From an uncultured Gemmatimonadaceae bacterium (lineage in GTDB: Bacteria; Gemmatimonadota; Gemmatimonadetes; Gemmatimonadales; Gemmatimonadaceae): a stretch of 64,000 bases of DNA. Made by a program: the position numbers and the translations under genes. The stretch spans positions 1-64,000 of the forward strand of contig CAWBOC010000010.1 in the NCBI GenBank assembly GCA_963790305.1, given 5' to 3'. The notes under the pieces were generated by a model, which had not been told where the DNA came from, did no database searches, and saw only the letters and a program-made list of their open reading frames with translations. Positions 39,095 to 49,200 of this stretch are shown here, piece by piece (positions within the stretch are counted from its first letter, which is position 1; every line of letters starts with the position of its first letter).

Positions 39095-40315
39095 ATGATT
39101 CCCTCCGCCCTCGCGCTATTCGCTCTGACGTTCGCCGTCCCGCAAGCGTCGCCTGCTCCCGCGGCCGCGGTCAGCCCGGGGGTCGAGCAATTCCTCGCCG
39201 ACGTTCCCTCGGTGATCCGAGGCAAGCGGGTGGGACTCATCACGAATCACACCGGCGTCGACGCACGTGGCGTCAGCATCATCGACCGCCTGTTCGCATC
39301 CCGGGATGTGAAGCTGGTCGCCCTCTTCGCGCCGGAGCACGGGATCCGCGGCACCGCCGCCGACGGAGCGAAGATCTCATCAGGCGTCGATCGCAAGACC
39401 GGCCTGCCGATCTTCTCGCTCTACGGAGATGTGCGCCGGCCGACGCCACGCATGCTCGCCAACGTCGATGCGCTGCTATTCGACATGCAGGACGTCGGTG
39501 CTCGGCCCTACACCTACATCTCGACAATGGGGCTGGCGATGCGCGCGGCAAAGGAGAAGGGAATTCCCTTCGTCGTGCTCGATCGCCCCAACCCGATCGG
39601 CGGGCACATCGTCGAGGGAAGCATTCTCGACACCGCGTTCAGGTCCTTCACCGGGATGTACCCGATCGCGCTGCGACACGGAATGACCATCGGCGAGCTC
39701 GCGCAAATGTTCAACGACCGATTCGATATTCGCGCCCAGCTGATCGTCGTTCCAATGCTCGGCTGGAAGCGCGAGATGTGGTTCGATGAGACGGGGCTGC
39801 CGTGGGTGAATCCATCGCCGAACATTCGCCGCCTCGAGACGGCGATTCACTATCCCGGTACCGTCTTCGTCGAGGCGACCAATCTGTCGGAAGGGCGGGG
39901 CACGGACCGGCCGCTCGAGCAGGCGGGTGCGCCATGGCTTCGCGCACGGGCTGTCGCCGACTCGATGAACGCGATGGCCCTCCCCGGCGTCCGTTTCGAG
40001 GCGACGCGATTGACGTCGGTGCGAGGCACGGCGAAGTACGGTGGTCTTGCGATACCGGCCGTGCGATTCGTCATCACCGATCGTGAGGCATACCGCCCGG
40101 TGCGCACGGCCCTCCAGCTCATCGACCTCGTCAGACGCATGCATCCGGGCACCTTTCGGTGGCAGGAGCGTGGCGCCGGCGTCGATCGCCTGGCGGGAAC
40201 GGGCGAGCTCCGGAGATCGATCGAGCAGGGCCGGCTAGTGCGACTGCTCGGCGACTGGGAGGCAGAGGCGCGGGAGTTTCTCGCTCTGAGGCGGGAGTAC
40301 CTCCTTTACGAGTGA
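39095..40315 (+). CDS. namZ: Exo-beta-N-acetylmuramidase NamZ (DUF1343/YbbC family)
   Basis: GLITNHTG, LFAPEHG, FDMQDVG.R.YTY, LDRPNP, RHGMTIGELA, PSPN, SEGRGT. Confidence 0.9.
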   Translation: MIPSALALFALTFAVPQASPAPAAAVSPGVEQFLADVPSVIRGKRVGLITNHTGVDARGVSIIDRLFASRDVKLVALFAPEHGIRGTAADGAKISSGVDRKTGLPIFSLYGDVRRPTPRMLANVDALLFDMQDVGARPYTYISTMGLAMRAAKEKGIPFVVLDRPNPIGGHIVEGSILDTAFRSFTGMYPIALRHGMTIGELAQMFNDRFDIRAQLIVVPMLGWKREMWFDETGLPWVNPSPNIRRLETAIHYPGTVFVEATNLSEGRGTDRPLEQAGAPWLRARAVADSMNAMALPGVRFEATRLTSVRGTAKYGGLAIPAVRFVITDREAYRPVRTALQLIDLVRRMHPGTFRWQERGAGVDRLAGTGELRRSIEQGRLVRLLGDWEAEAREFLALRREYLLYE

Positions 40316-40408
40316 CGGGGAGGACGAACGCGAGCCCGGGTGTACGGGTTTGGTGAGTTGTCCCCAGCCTGGCTGGCCTGTGACACGAAAAATTCGCACT
40401 TTGTTGAC

Positions 40409-42760
40409 ATGCTCGTTCCCCTCCTGTTGTTCGCGCAGCTGCAGACCGCCGCGAACATCGCACCGCCCGCCATCCATTCCGGACGAGACGATCGCACCGC
40501 CGTCCGCCCACCGCGCGCCGAGTTGTCGGTGTCGATCGACGGCGTGCTGGACGAGCCGGTATGGGCGCAGGCCGTCGTGCTGTCTGGCTTCTCGCAGTTC
40601 GCTCCCGTCGACGGCGTCCCGGCCAACGACTCCACGCAGGTCCTCGTGTGGTACTCGCCGACGGCGATCCATTTCGGCATTCGCGCGTTCGAGGCGCATG
40701 GAGCGGTACACGCCACGCTCGCCGATCGCGACCGCATCTTCGCCGACGACCACGTCCAGATCCTCCTCGGCACCTTCGACGACGGTCGTCAGGCCACCGT
40801 GTTCGCCGTGAATCCGCTGGGGGTGCAAGCGGACGGCGCTCTCGTCGAGCAAGGTGGGACACGAGCGGGCTCGTTCAGCGCCGCGCAGGTGGCGCGCGAG
40901 AGCGCGGACCTCAATCCGGACTTCGTATTCCAGTCCAAGGGACGCGTGACCGAGCAGGGCTACGAGATCGAGATCCGCATCCCGTTCAAGACGCTGCGCT
41001 ACCAGTCGCGTCCGGAGCAGCGGTGGGGACTGCATATCCTGCGACGGGTCCAGCACTCCGGATACGAGGACTCGTGGGTTCCGGCGAAGCGTGACGCGGC
41101 CTCCTTTCTGGCGCAGTCGGGCCACATCGAGGGACTCACTGGCCTTCGCCGCGGACTCGTGCTCGATGTGAATCCGGAAGTGACGGCGCGCACCGTTGGC
41201 GGCCGTGCGTCAGACGGGACGTGGGGCTCCGACACGGAGAATCCAGAGCTCGGCGGCAATGTGCGGTGGGGTATCACGAACAACCTGACGATGAACGGGA
41301 CCGTCAATCCCGACTTCTCCCAGATCGAGGCGGACGCCGGGCAGCTCGCTTTCGACCCACGCGCGGCGCTCTTCTTCTCCGAGAAGCGGCCGTTCTTTCT
41401 CGATGGAAGCGAGCAATTCAGGACGCCGAGCAACCTCATCTACACGCGCCGCATCGTGCAGCCGTTAGGTGCGGTGAAGCTGGCGGGCAAGCTATCCGGG
41501 ACCGACATCGCGTTTCTCACCGCGGTCGACGACGATCTGCCCACGACCAACGGTCACCGCCCGCGCTTCGTCATTGGGCGCGTGCAGCGCGACGTGGGCG
41601 CGCAGTCGCGAGTCGGGCTCGCGTACACGGATCGCGGCGTCGGTGACGAATGGAATCGCGTCGCCAACGCCGACGCGCGTGTCGTCTTCGGAAAGATCTA
41701 CGATGCGCGCGTCCAATGGGCGCACAGCTTCACCAACGAGCGCGGGCGCGAATGGAACGCGCCGCTGTGGGACGCCCGCTTCGCCCGCAACGGACGGCGG
41801 TTCGGCATTCGCTACAGCATCAACGCCATCGATCCCGAGTTCGTCACGCGCAGCGGGTTCATCTCGCGGCCCGGGATCACCAACGCGGGATTCTCGCATC
41901 GCCTCACCACCTTCGGAGCGCGAGGCTCGCTCGTCGAGACCTTCAGCACCGAGCTGAATCTGCTGGGCACCTGGCAGTATGACGTCTTCACGCGCGGCGG
42001 CGATGCGCAGGACAAGAAAGCGCATCTCAACACGACGACCACGTTCCGCGGAGGGTGGTCGCTCGGCGCCTCGCTGCTCGTCGAAACGTTCGGATACGAT
42101 CCTGGCCTGTATTCTGGCATTCTCATCGAGGCACCGAGGCCGGCCGGCGGCGTCGACACGATTCCGTTCACCGGCACTCCCGATCTTCCGAATCTCGACT
42201 ACGTCCTCACGATTGGCACGCCCGAATGGAAGCGCGGATCGGCAAGCCTCTTCGTCGTATGGGGGAAGGACGAGAATTTCGACGAATGGTCCTCCGCCGA
42301 CATCCTCATCGGGACGCTGGAGGGCGATTGGCGGCCCACCGAGAAGATGCGCGTGAACGCGACGTACAACATGCAGAAGTACAACCGCCGCACCGATGGC
42401 AGCACGGTGCGCGTCCGTCGCATTCCCAGGCTCAAGCTCGAGTACCAGATCGCGCGCCCGCTGTTCGTGCGATTGGTCGGTGAATACGACGCTGAGGACG
42501 TTGACGCGCTGCGCGATGACTCGCGCACCAACGGCGTGCTGTTGATCCCGAACGGCGACGGGACCTACTCGCCGTCCCAGCCCTCCTCGGCCAACGTCTT
42601 CCGCGGCGATTTCCTGTTCTCCTACCAGCCGCTGCCCGGAACGGTGGTCTTCGCGGGTTATGGAAGCGTCATGGACGAGCCCTTGGCCTTCCGCTTCGGG
42701 GACCTCGAGCGGCGGACGGACGGGTTTTTCATCAAGGCGTCGTATTTGTTCCGGCTGTAG
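40409..42760 (+). CDS. CBM9-like + DUF5916 probable outer-membrane protein (paralogue 2)
   Basis: IDGVLDEPVW, VNPLGVQADG, NPDFSQIEAD, EKRPFFLDG, C-terminal FIKASYLFRL. Confidence 0.88.
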   Translation: MLVPLLLFAQLQTAANIAPPAIHSGRDDRTAVRPPRAELSVSIDGVLDEPVWAQAVVLSGFSQFAPVDGVPANDSTQVLVWYSPTAIHFGIRAFEAHGAVHATLADRDRIFADDHVQILLGTFDDGRQATVFAVNPLGVQADGALVEQGGTRAGSFSAAQVARESADLNPDFVFQSKGRVTEQGYEIEIRIPFKTLRYQSRPEQRWGLHILRRVQHSGYEDSWVPAKRDAASFLAQSGHIEGLTGLRRGLVLDVNPEVTARTVGGRASDGTWGSDTENPELGGNVRWGITNNLTMNGTVNPDFSQIEADAGQLAFDPRAALFFSEKRPFFLDGSEQFRTPSNLIYTRRIVQPLGAVKLAGKLSGTDIAFLTAVDDDLPTTNGHRPRFVIGRVQRDVGAQSRVGLAYTDRGVGDEWNRVANADARVVFGKIYDARVQWAHSFTNERGREWNAPLWDARFARNGRRFGIRYSINAIDPEFVTRSGFISRPGITNAGFSHRLTTFGARGSLVETFSTELNLLGTWQYDVFTRGGDAQDKKAHLNTTTTFRGGWSLGASLLVETFGYDPGLYSGILIEAPRPAGGVDTIPFTGTPDLPNLDYVLTIGTPEWKRGSASLFVVWGKDENFDEWSSADILIGTLEGDWRPTEKMRVNATYNMQKYNRRTDGSTVRVRRIPRLKLEYQIARPLFVRLVGEYDAEDVDALRDDSRTNGVLLIPNGDGTYSPSQPSSANVFRGDFLFSYQPLPGTVVFAGYGSVMDEPLAFRFGDLERRTDGFFIKASYLFRL

Positions 42761-42762
42761 CT

Positions 42763-42892
42763 TAGGGGTCAGGGGTCAGGAGTCAGGGATCAGGGGGTGT
42801 CGGGGTAGAGGTTCGAGGAGAACGGCTTTGCACTCTCCTGAAACCTTCGCCCTGACACCCCCTGATCCCTGACCCCTGACTCCTGACCCCTA
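42763..42892. repeat. Family C palindrome
   Basis: TAGGGGTCAGGGGTCAGGAGTCAGGGATCAGGGGGTGTC...GACACCCCCTGATCCCTGACCCCTGACTCCTGACCCCTA. Confidence 0.9.
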
Positions 42893-42952
42893 GGCTGTAC
42901 GAATTCCGTAAGCCCTATTGCTCCCCACGCGCGGGCACCCGACCCTTTACAA

Positions 42953-44707
42953 GTGTCCATCTTCAGACTCCGCCATTCGTTACGGGCTCAGCCGCGGTCC
43001 GCGATCACCGTCGCGCTCCTGCTGTTCGCGCTCGTCCTGACCGCGCTGCTCGCGCAACAGGCGCAGGTGGCGGCGGCCTCGCATCGGAAGACGGCCGAGC
43101 AGGCGCTCCTCGATTACGCATCGCTCGCGGCCTGGGAGTTTACGCGCCACGCCGAGGCGGACGTCCAGGCGACGCTCATGTCCGCCTTCGTTCCCTCGCT
43201 GCTTCGCCTCCCCGACGGCGATCCAACGAAAGGCCAGATCACACCGGAGAACCTTGCCAAGGCCGCGATGTGGCGCACGCAGTTCTGCGCGTGCATGGAT
43301 TCGGCGCGGTTCTTCTTCCGCTACGACTTCCGGGATTCGACGCTGGCCACGAGCGGGTTCGTGGTGTCGACCGAGCTGGCAGCATGGGTGCGCGACACCA
43401 TTGCCGGTCATTTCACGGCGACCGAGGTCGCTGGCGAGCCCGTGCGAACCGTGTACGGCTCGGTGGATGGACGCACGGAGATGTCGATCGTCCTCACCAA
43501 CGACGCCTACATCACGATCGTGGCGCGCTCGGCTGGCGCTCTGCGGCTGCTCGGATATGTCCTGACGCGCGACATGGAGGGACATCCGGTCGCCGCCTAC
43601 GGGTTCGAGAGCGATCCGGCGCATTTCACCAAACCGATTTTTGGCGAGATCGTCGCGCGTCAGGTGCTTCTGCCACCGTCGCTGCTGAAGGGGCTGCGCG
43701 GTGATTCCGTGCTCTCGATCGCGGTCCACGACCCGGCGGGCGAGGAGATCTACCGTTCCTCGGCGCGCTTTGCGCCTCGTTATGCGCGGGAAGACACCCT
43801 CGACGGGCGCTTCGGCAGCCTGCACGTGCGGGTCGCGATTCGCCCCGAGCTGGCCGGACAGCTCGTCGTCGGTGGCCTGCCGAGCTCGCGAATGCCGATG
43901 CTGCTCGCCCTGTTCATTCTCACGTCCGGTCTGCTGTTGATCGCGCTACTCAATCTCCGTCGTCAGCAGGAGCTGGCGCGACTGCGCACGGATTTCGTGT
44001 CGAGCGTCTCGCACGAGCTACGAACGCCGCTGGCGCAGATCCGCCTGTTCGCAGAGCTCCTCACGATGGACAAGCTGCGCTCCGACGATGAGCGGCGTCG
44101 CTCGGCGCGGATCATCGATCAGGAAGCGCGGCGTCTGACCTATCTGGTGGAGAACGTGCTCAACTTCGCCAGATCGGAGCGTCGCGCGAACCGCCTGCGA
44201 CTGGAGGACACCGAGGTCGCTCGCGAGATCAGCGACGTGCTCGACACCTTCGCGCCGCTCACGCGCGCGAAAGACGTGACATTGCACGCCGAGCTCACCG
44301 ATGGTCTGGTGGCGAGCGTCGATCGTTCCGCGCTGCATCAGATCCTGCTCAATCTGCTGGACAATGCGGTGAAATACGGCCCTGCCGGCCAGACGATCAC
44401 CGTGCGCGCGCGCGCAGCGGCCGATCGCCTGCTCATCGAAGTCATCGACGAGGGCGCCGGAATTCCCGCTGAGGAGCGTGAACGAATCTGGGAGCCGTAC
44501 CATCGGCTCGAGCGCGATGCGAAGTCGGTGGCCGGCAGCGGCATTGGCCTCGCCGTCGCGCGCGAGCTCGTCGATCTGCATGGAGGTCGCGCCTGGGTCG
44601 AGGATGCTCGCCCTCGCGGTGCGCGATTCATCGTCGCGCTGCCTCTCGCTGGTACCGTGGCGACGCCGTCACGTGAACCTGCGCCCGCTGAACCCGTGTC
44701 CATCTGA
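42953..44707 (+). CDS. Sensor histidine kinase (2 TM, HisKA + HATPase)
   Basis: SHELRTPL, NLLDNAVKY, DEGAGI, GSGIGL. Confidence 0.95.
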   Translation: MSIFRLRHSLRAQPRSAITVALLLFALVLTALLAQQAQVAAASHRKTAEQALLDYASLAAWEFTRHAEADVQATLMSAFVPSLLRLPDGDPTKGQITPENLAKAAMWRTQFCACMDSARFFFRYDFRDSTLATSGFVVSTELAAWVRDTIAGHFTATEVAGEPVRTVYGSVDGRTEMSIVLTNDAYITIVARSAGALRLLGYVLTRDMEGHPVAAYGFESDPAHFTKPIFGEIVARQVLLPPSLLKGLRGDSVLSIAVHDPAGEEIYRSSARFAPRYAREDTLDGRFGSLHVRVAIRPELAGQLVVGGLPSSRMPMLLALFILTSGLLLIALLNLRRQQELARLRTDFVSSVSHELRTPLAQIRLFAELLTMDKLRSDDERRRSARIIDQEARRLTYLVENVLNFARSERRANRLRLEDTEVAREISDVLDTFAPLTRAKDVTLHAELTDGLVASVDRSALHQILLNLLDNAVKYGPAGQTITVRARAAADRLLIEVIDEGAGIPAEERERIWEPYHRLERDAKSVAGSGIGLAVARELVDLHGGRAWVEDARPRGARFIVALPLAGTVATPSREPAPAEPVSI

Positions 44708-44710
44708 CCT

Positions 44711-45394
44711 ATGACGCAGATCCTCATCGTCGAAGACAACGCGGACCTGGCGTTCGGACTCAGTACGAGTCTCGAGGTAGAAGGCTATGAGGTTGCCGTC
44801 GCCAACGACGGACCGACGGGGCTCACCGCCGCGCGCGACCGCAACCCCGACGTCATCATTCTCGACCTGATGCTTCCGGGGCTCGACGGCTACCGCGTGC
44901 TGCGGACACTGCGCGAGGAAGGCCGCGAGATGCCGGTGCTCATCCTCACCGCGCGCGGCGAGGAAGCCGACAAGGTGCTCGGCTTCCGCCTCGGTGCCGA
45001 CGATTACGTGACGAAGCCCGTTGGCGTGCTCGAGCTGTTGGCGCGCGTGAACGCGCTGCTCCGCCGCGCGCGGGCACCCGAGAAGAAGGAGACGACGAAC
45101 GAGAAGTTTGGCAGCGTGGAGATCATTCCGTCGTCGCGTACCGTTCTCCGGAACGGCTCCCAGGTGGCGCTGACTCCCAAGGAGTTCGACCTTCTGCTCG
45201 CTCTGGTTCGGCGTCGGGGCGCGGTCGCCTCACGATTCGAGCTGCTCAAGGAGGTCTGGGGGCACCGGACGGCCGTCATGACGCGCACGGTGGATATCCA
45301 CATCCGTGAGCTCCGTCGCAAGCTGGAGGACAATCCCGCCGAGCCGCGGCACATCCTGACGGTGTGGAAGGCAGGGTATCGGCTGGAGGCCTGA
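44711..45394 (+). CDS. OmpR/PhoB-family response regulator
   Basis: VED, LDLMLPG.DG, LTA, GADDYVTKP, C-terminal wHTH (LTPKEFDLL, RTVD.HI..LRRKLE, GYR). Confidence 0.96.
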   Translation: MTQILIVEDNADLAFGLSTSLEVEGYEVAVANDGPTGLTAARDRNPDVIILDLMLPGLDGYRVLRTLREEGREMPVLILTARGEEADKVLGFRLGADDYVTKPVGVLELLARVNALLRRARAPEKKETTNEKFGSVEIIPSSRTVLRNGSQVALTPKEFDLLLALVRRRGAVASRFELLKEVWGHRTAVMTRTVDIHIRELRRKLEDNPAEPRHILTVWKAGYRLEA

Positions 45395-45405
45395 AGGGCT
45401 AAAGG

Positions 45406-45474
45406 CTGCGAACGGCGAGCTGCGAACTGGAGCCGACTTGTTTGGCTTTGGTTCGCAGTTCGCCGTTCGCAGTC
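45406..45474. repeat. Palindrome of 7-nt units (GCGAACT/AGTTCGC), family E
   Basis: CTGCGAACGGCGAGCTGCGAAC...GTTCGCAGTTCGCCGTTCGCAG. Confidence 0.85.
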
Positions 45475-45560
45475 GTTTCTTTACACTTCCGTCATGCCAT
45501 GAAGCAAACCCTCCTTCACTCTCGTAGTGTCGAACCACGAGGAAACCAGAGAGTGACGTC

Positions 45561-46138
45561 ATGGCCATCGCATTCACGGAGTACTCGTTGCGACGTGCGA
45601 ACGACGAGTCATCCAACGGAAATCGTCAGCCCGGAGCCGCGTCGGTGCTGCCCTTCACCTCGTCCCTCGATCGAGCCTCTCAAGCCCCGCTCGTAAGGTT
45701 CGCCCTTACGTTGAATGAGCTCGAGCTCCATCGCGTGGTTCAGCTGCTTCAGCGGGGCGGTGTCGATATCTCCCGTGCGAACGTCGAAGAGGTGCGCGAG
45801 ACTCCTTCAGGCGCCGAATTGCCGCGTGAGGACATGCCTCTGCCCTGAGCTTCGGCGCGATCGAGGTGAACCTCGGCGCCCGTACCGTTCGGCGCGACGG
45901 CGTCGATGTGCACCTCGCCCCGAAGGAATTCGATCTGCTCGTCGCGCTGCTCCGCCGCGAAGGCGCCGCCGCCTCGCGCGAAGAGCTGGCGCATGAAGTA
46001 TGGGGCAGCGAGGTGGCGGCCTCCGGGCGCACCATCGATACGCACGTGTGTGCGCTGCGCCGGAAGCTGGAGGAAGATCAGCGGCGCCCGCGTCACATCC
46101 GAGTGGTCTCCAAGGTGGGGTATCGGCTCGAGCGGTAG
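45561..46138 (+). CDS. Orphan OmpR-type winged-helix protein without receiver domain; apparent frameshift near 45830
   Basis: LAPKEFDLL..L, RTIDTHV..LRRKLE, GYRL; the upstream ORF 45561-45848 joins it with one added base. Confidence 0.72.
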
Positions 46139-46241
46139 AGCGACCAACAACTGCGAACTGCGTACTCCGAACCAAAACCCTCGGGAAGCTACCGCCGCCA
46201 CTGGTAGCCTCCCGAGGGTTTAGTTCGCAGTTCGCAGTCGC
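46139..46241. repeat. Family E palindrome
   Basis: ACTGCGAACTGCG...AAACCCTCGGGAAGCTACC/GGTAGCCTCCCGAGGGTTT...TTCGCAGTTCGCAGT between convergent genes. Confidence 0.85.
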
Positions 46242-46243
46242 CT

Positions 46244-49200
46244 CTAGCTCCGAGCGATCTCGACGATCACCATGTGCGGCTGACCGTCATCGATGAGTGG
46301 AATGCCGCCGACGCCGACGGTTCGACCATCGGCTGTGATGCGCGTCGCCTCACGAGGAGCACCGTGCGTGATCCTCACGTCGATCGTGTACTGACTGGAC
46401 CCATACCGGTACTCGATGGTGAATCCCGGCCACTCACTCGGCACGCTCGGATCGATTATCACTGTCTCGCCAGTCTTGCGGAAGCCGAGGATCGCTTCGA
46501 GCGCGACCCGATACATCCAGCTCGCCGAGCCCGTGTACCAGGTCCAACCCCCGCGGCCGACGTGTCCCTCGGCGGTGTAGACGTCTGCCGCCACGACATA
46601 GGGCTCGACCTTGTACGTCTCCACCCCGACAGCGTCGCTCGTGTGCGAGAGCGGATTGATCATCTGCCAGAGCGCGAGCGAACGCTCATCATTGCCCATC
46701 ATCGCCGTTGCCAGCACGACCCACAGCGCGGCATGTGTGTACTGCGCCCCGTTCTCGCGCACGCCGGGGAGGTATCCCTTGATGTAGCCGGGATCGTTGG
46801 GTGTCTTGTCGAACGCCGGGGTCAGCAGCTTGATGATGCCGTGCTGGTTGTCGACGAGATGCGTCTCCAGCGACGACATTGCCGTGCGCGCACGGTCAGG
46901 ATCGGCGGCACCGGAGATCACCCCCCACGTCTGTGCCAGCGAATCGATCTTGCACTCGTCGTTCGCGTGCGATCCCAGCGGCGTGCCGTCGTCGAAGTAC
47001 GCCCGGCGATACCATTCACCATCCCAGGATGTCTCCTCCACCGCGGCGACGTACTCCTTCGCGGTGGACTCGAGCCATTCCCATACTCCCGCGTGACCGC
47101 GCTCTCGCGCATACCCGGCGAACGACCGCATGATCGTGGCGAGGAACCATCCCATCCACACACTCTCGCCCTTGCCCTCGATCCCGACGCGGTTCATGCC
47201 ATCGTTCCAGTCGCCGATCCCGATCAGTGGGAGCCCGTGATCACCCTTCGTCGCCGCGCGGCGCAGCGCGCGCAAGCAGTGCTCGTAGACGGTCGCGTGC
47301 TCCGATGACACGCGCGGCAGATCGAACACTTCGTGCTCGTCAGGCGCGAGCGGCCGCATCTCGAGGAAGGGGACGCTCTCATCGAGCACGCTGGCATCGC
47401 CCGTGACGCGCACGTAGTGGTCGACGACGAGCGGAAGCCAGGCAAGGTCGTCCGAGAAGCGCGTGCGAATCCCGCGTCCCTCGGGTGGGTGCCACCAATG
47501 CTGCACATCGCCTTCGACGAATTGGCGCGACGTGGCGCGGAGAATGTGCGCGCGCGCAATCGCGGGCTCGGCGTAGACGAGCGCCATCACGTCCTGGAGC
47601 TGATCCCGGAAGCCGTACGCACCACTCGACTGATAGACGGCCGATCGTCCCCAGATCCGGCACGCGAGCGCCTGATAGAGGAGCCACCGGTTCACCATGA
47701 CATCGAAGCCGGGATCCGGCGTCTTCACGACCACCGCCGAGAGCAATCGGTCCCACGAGGCCACCTGACGGTCGAGCTCCGCCGTTGCTTGCTGCGGAGT
47801 GCGATGACGACCCAGCAACTCTCGAACGCTCGCCTCGCCATGATCGGCACCGAGCAGGGCGATGATCTCACGCGTCTCGCCGGGCTTGAGGTCCACCACG
47901 CATTGAAGCGCCGCGCACGGATCGAGGGCCGGGCCGGCCGCTTCATGCAGCAGGGAACCGGGCTCGCGCAGCGCCGCCGGATCGCTGGCGTCGCCATGGC
48001 GACCCAGGAATTCGCGGCGATCCGCCGTCCACGTATGCACGCGCTCGCTCAGCGCCGCGAACGCCACCATCCCCGCGAACGGGGCATCGGTCGTGTTGCG
48101 AGCGAGAATGGCGCCGAGCTTCCGATCGTAATCGGTCACCACCTGATGCTGGGTGTGCTCCCGCAGGACGCCGAGCGTCCACTCGGCGAAGTAGGTGACC
48201 GTTAGGCGCTTCTTCTTGCGCCCGCGATTGGTGAGACGCAGGCGCGTGATCTTCACCGGATCACGCTCGGCCACGCCCACGTGCAGGACGGACTCGATAT
48301 CGCGGTGGAGATGCTGAAAGGTGCTGAAGCCGGCGCCGTGCGTCACCACGTACTCGGTCTCGTGACGAATGGGCGTCGGCGTCGGCGTCCAGAGCGTACC
48401 GCTGTCCTCCTCGCGGAGGTAGAGGACCTCGCCCGGAGGATCGGTCACCGGGTCGTTGTACCACGGCGTGAGACGGAAGTACTGCGAATTGTCCACCCAC
48501 GCGCAGCCCGCACCGGCCTCGGTGATGTAGAACCCTGCTCGCTCGTTGGCGACCACGTTCGCCCACGGGGCCGGAGGAAGCGCATCCCCGCGCAGGGTCA
48601 TGCGGTAGTTGCCCTTGTCGTCGAAATGGTGCTCGAGCGGGGTCGGCGCTTGCAGGGCCTTCTGGATAGGGCGTTCGGCGTAGGCCGCCCGCTCCGATCG
48701 GGCGACCGACGTCCCGCGCAGCCCGGTCTCCGGGAGGTCCAGCACGCTGTCGAGACGAGTGCCGTCGCAGCGCACGTGCACGCGTGCGACCCCACGGACC
48801 ACTGCCCAGTCCTCTTCGCTGATCAGATCGCGACGGCGGATGTGAACGCCTCCGGCTCGGTCGAGGAGGCCCGCCTCGGGCGATGACATCACCGTCGTCG
48901 TGATGGCATCGTTGAGCTCCTGCAGGTAGGAGGCAGGCCGCGTGTTGACCAGCACGAGGTCGAACGTCATTCCCTTGAGCCGGAGGTACTGGTGCGCATC
49001 GAGCAGCTGCCTAACGGTCGGCAGGCCCTCCGGTGCCTCGATGAGCGCGAGGAGGATCGGCCAGTCTCCCGACAGTCCCATCGCCCAGAGCGTCTGGAGC
49101 GAGCCCTTCGACGTCGTGGTGCCCGGGGGCGACGGTCGCAGCGCGGGGTGGCCGTGCAGGAGATGGCCGGCCAACTCCTGGTAGAGCGCGGCATCGGCGG

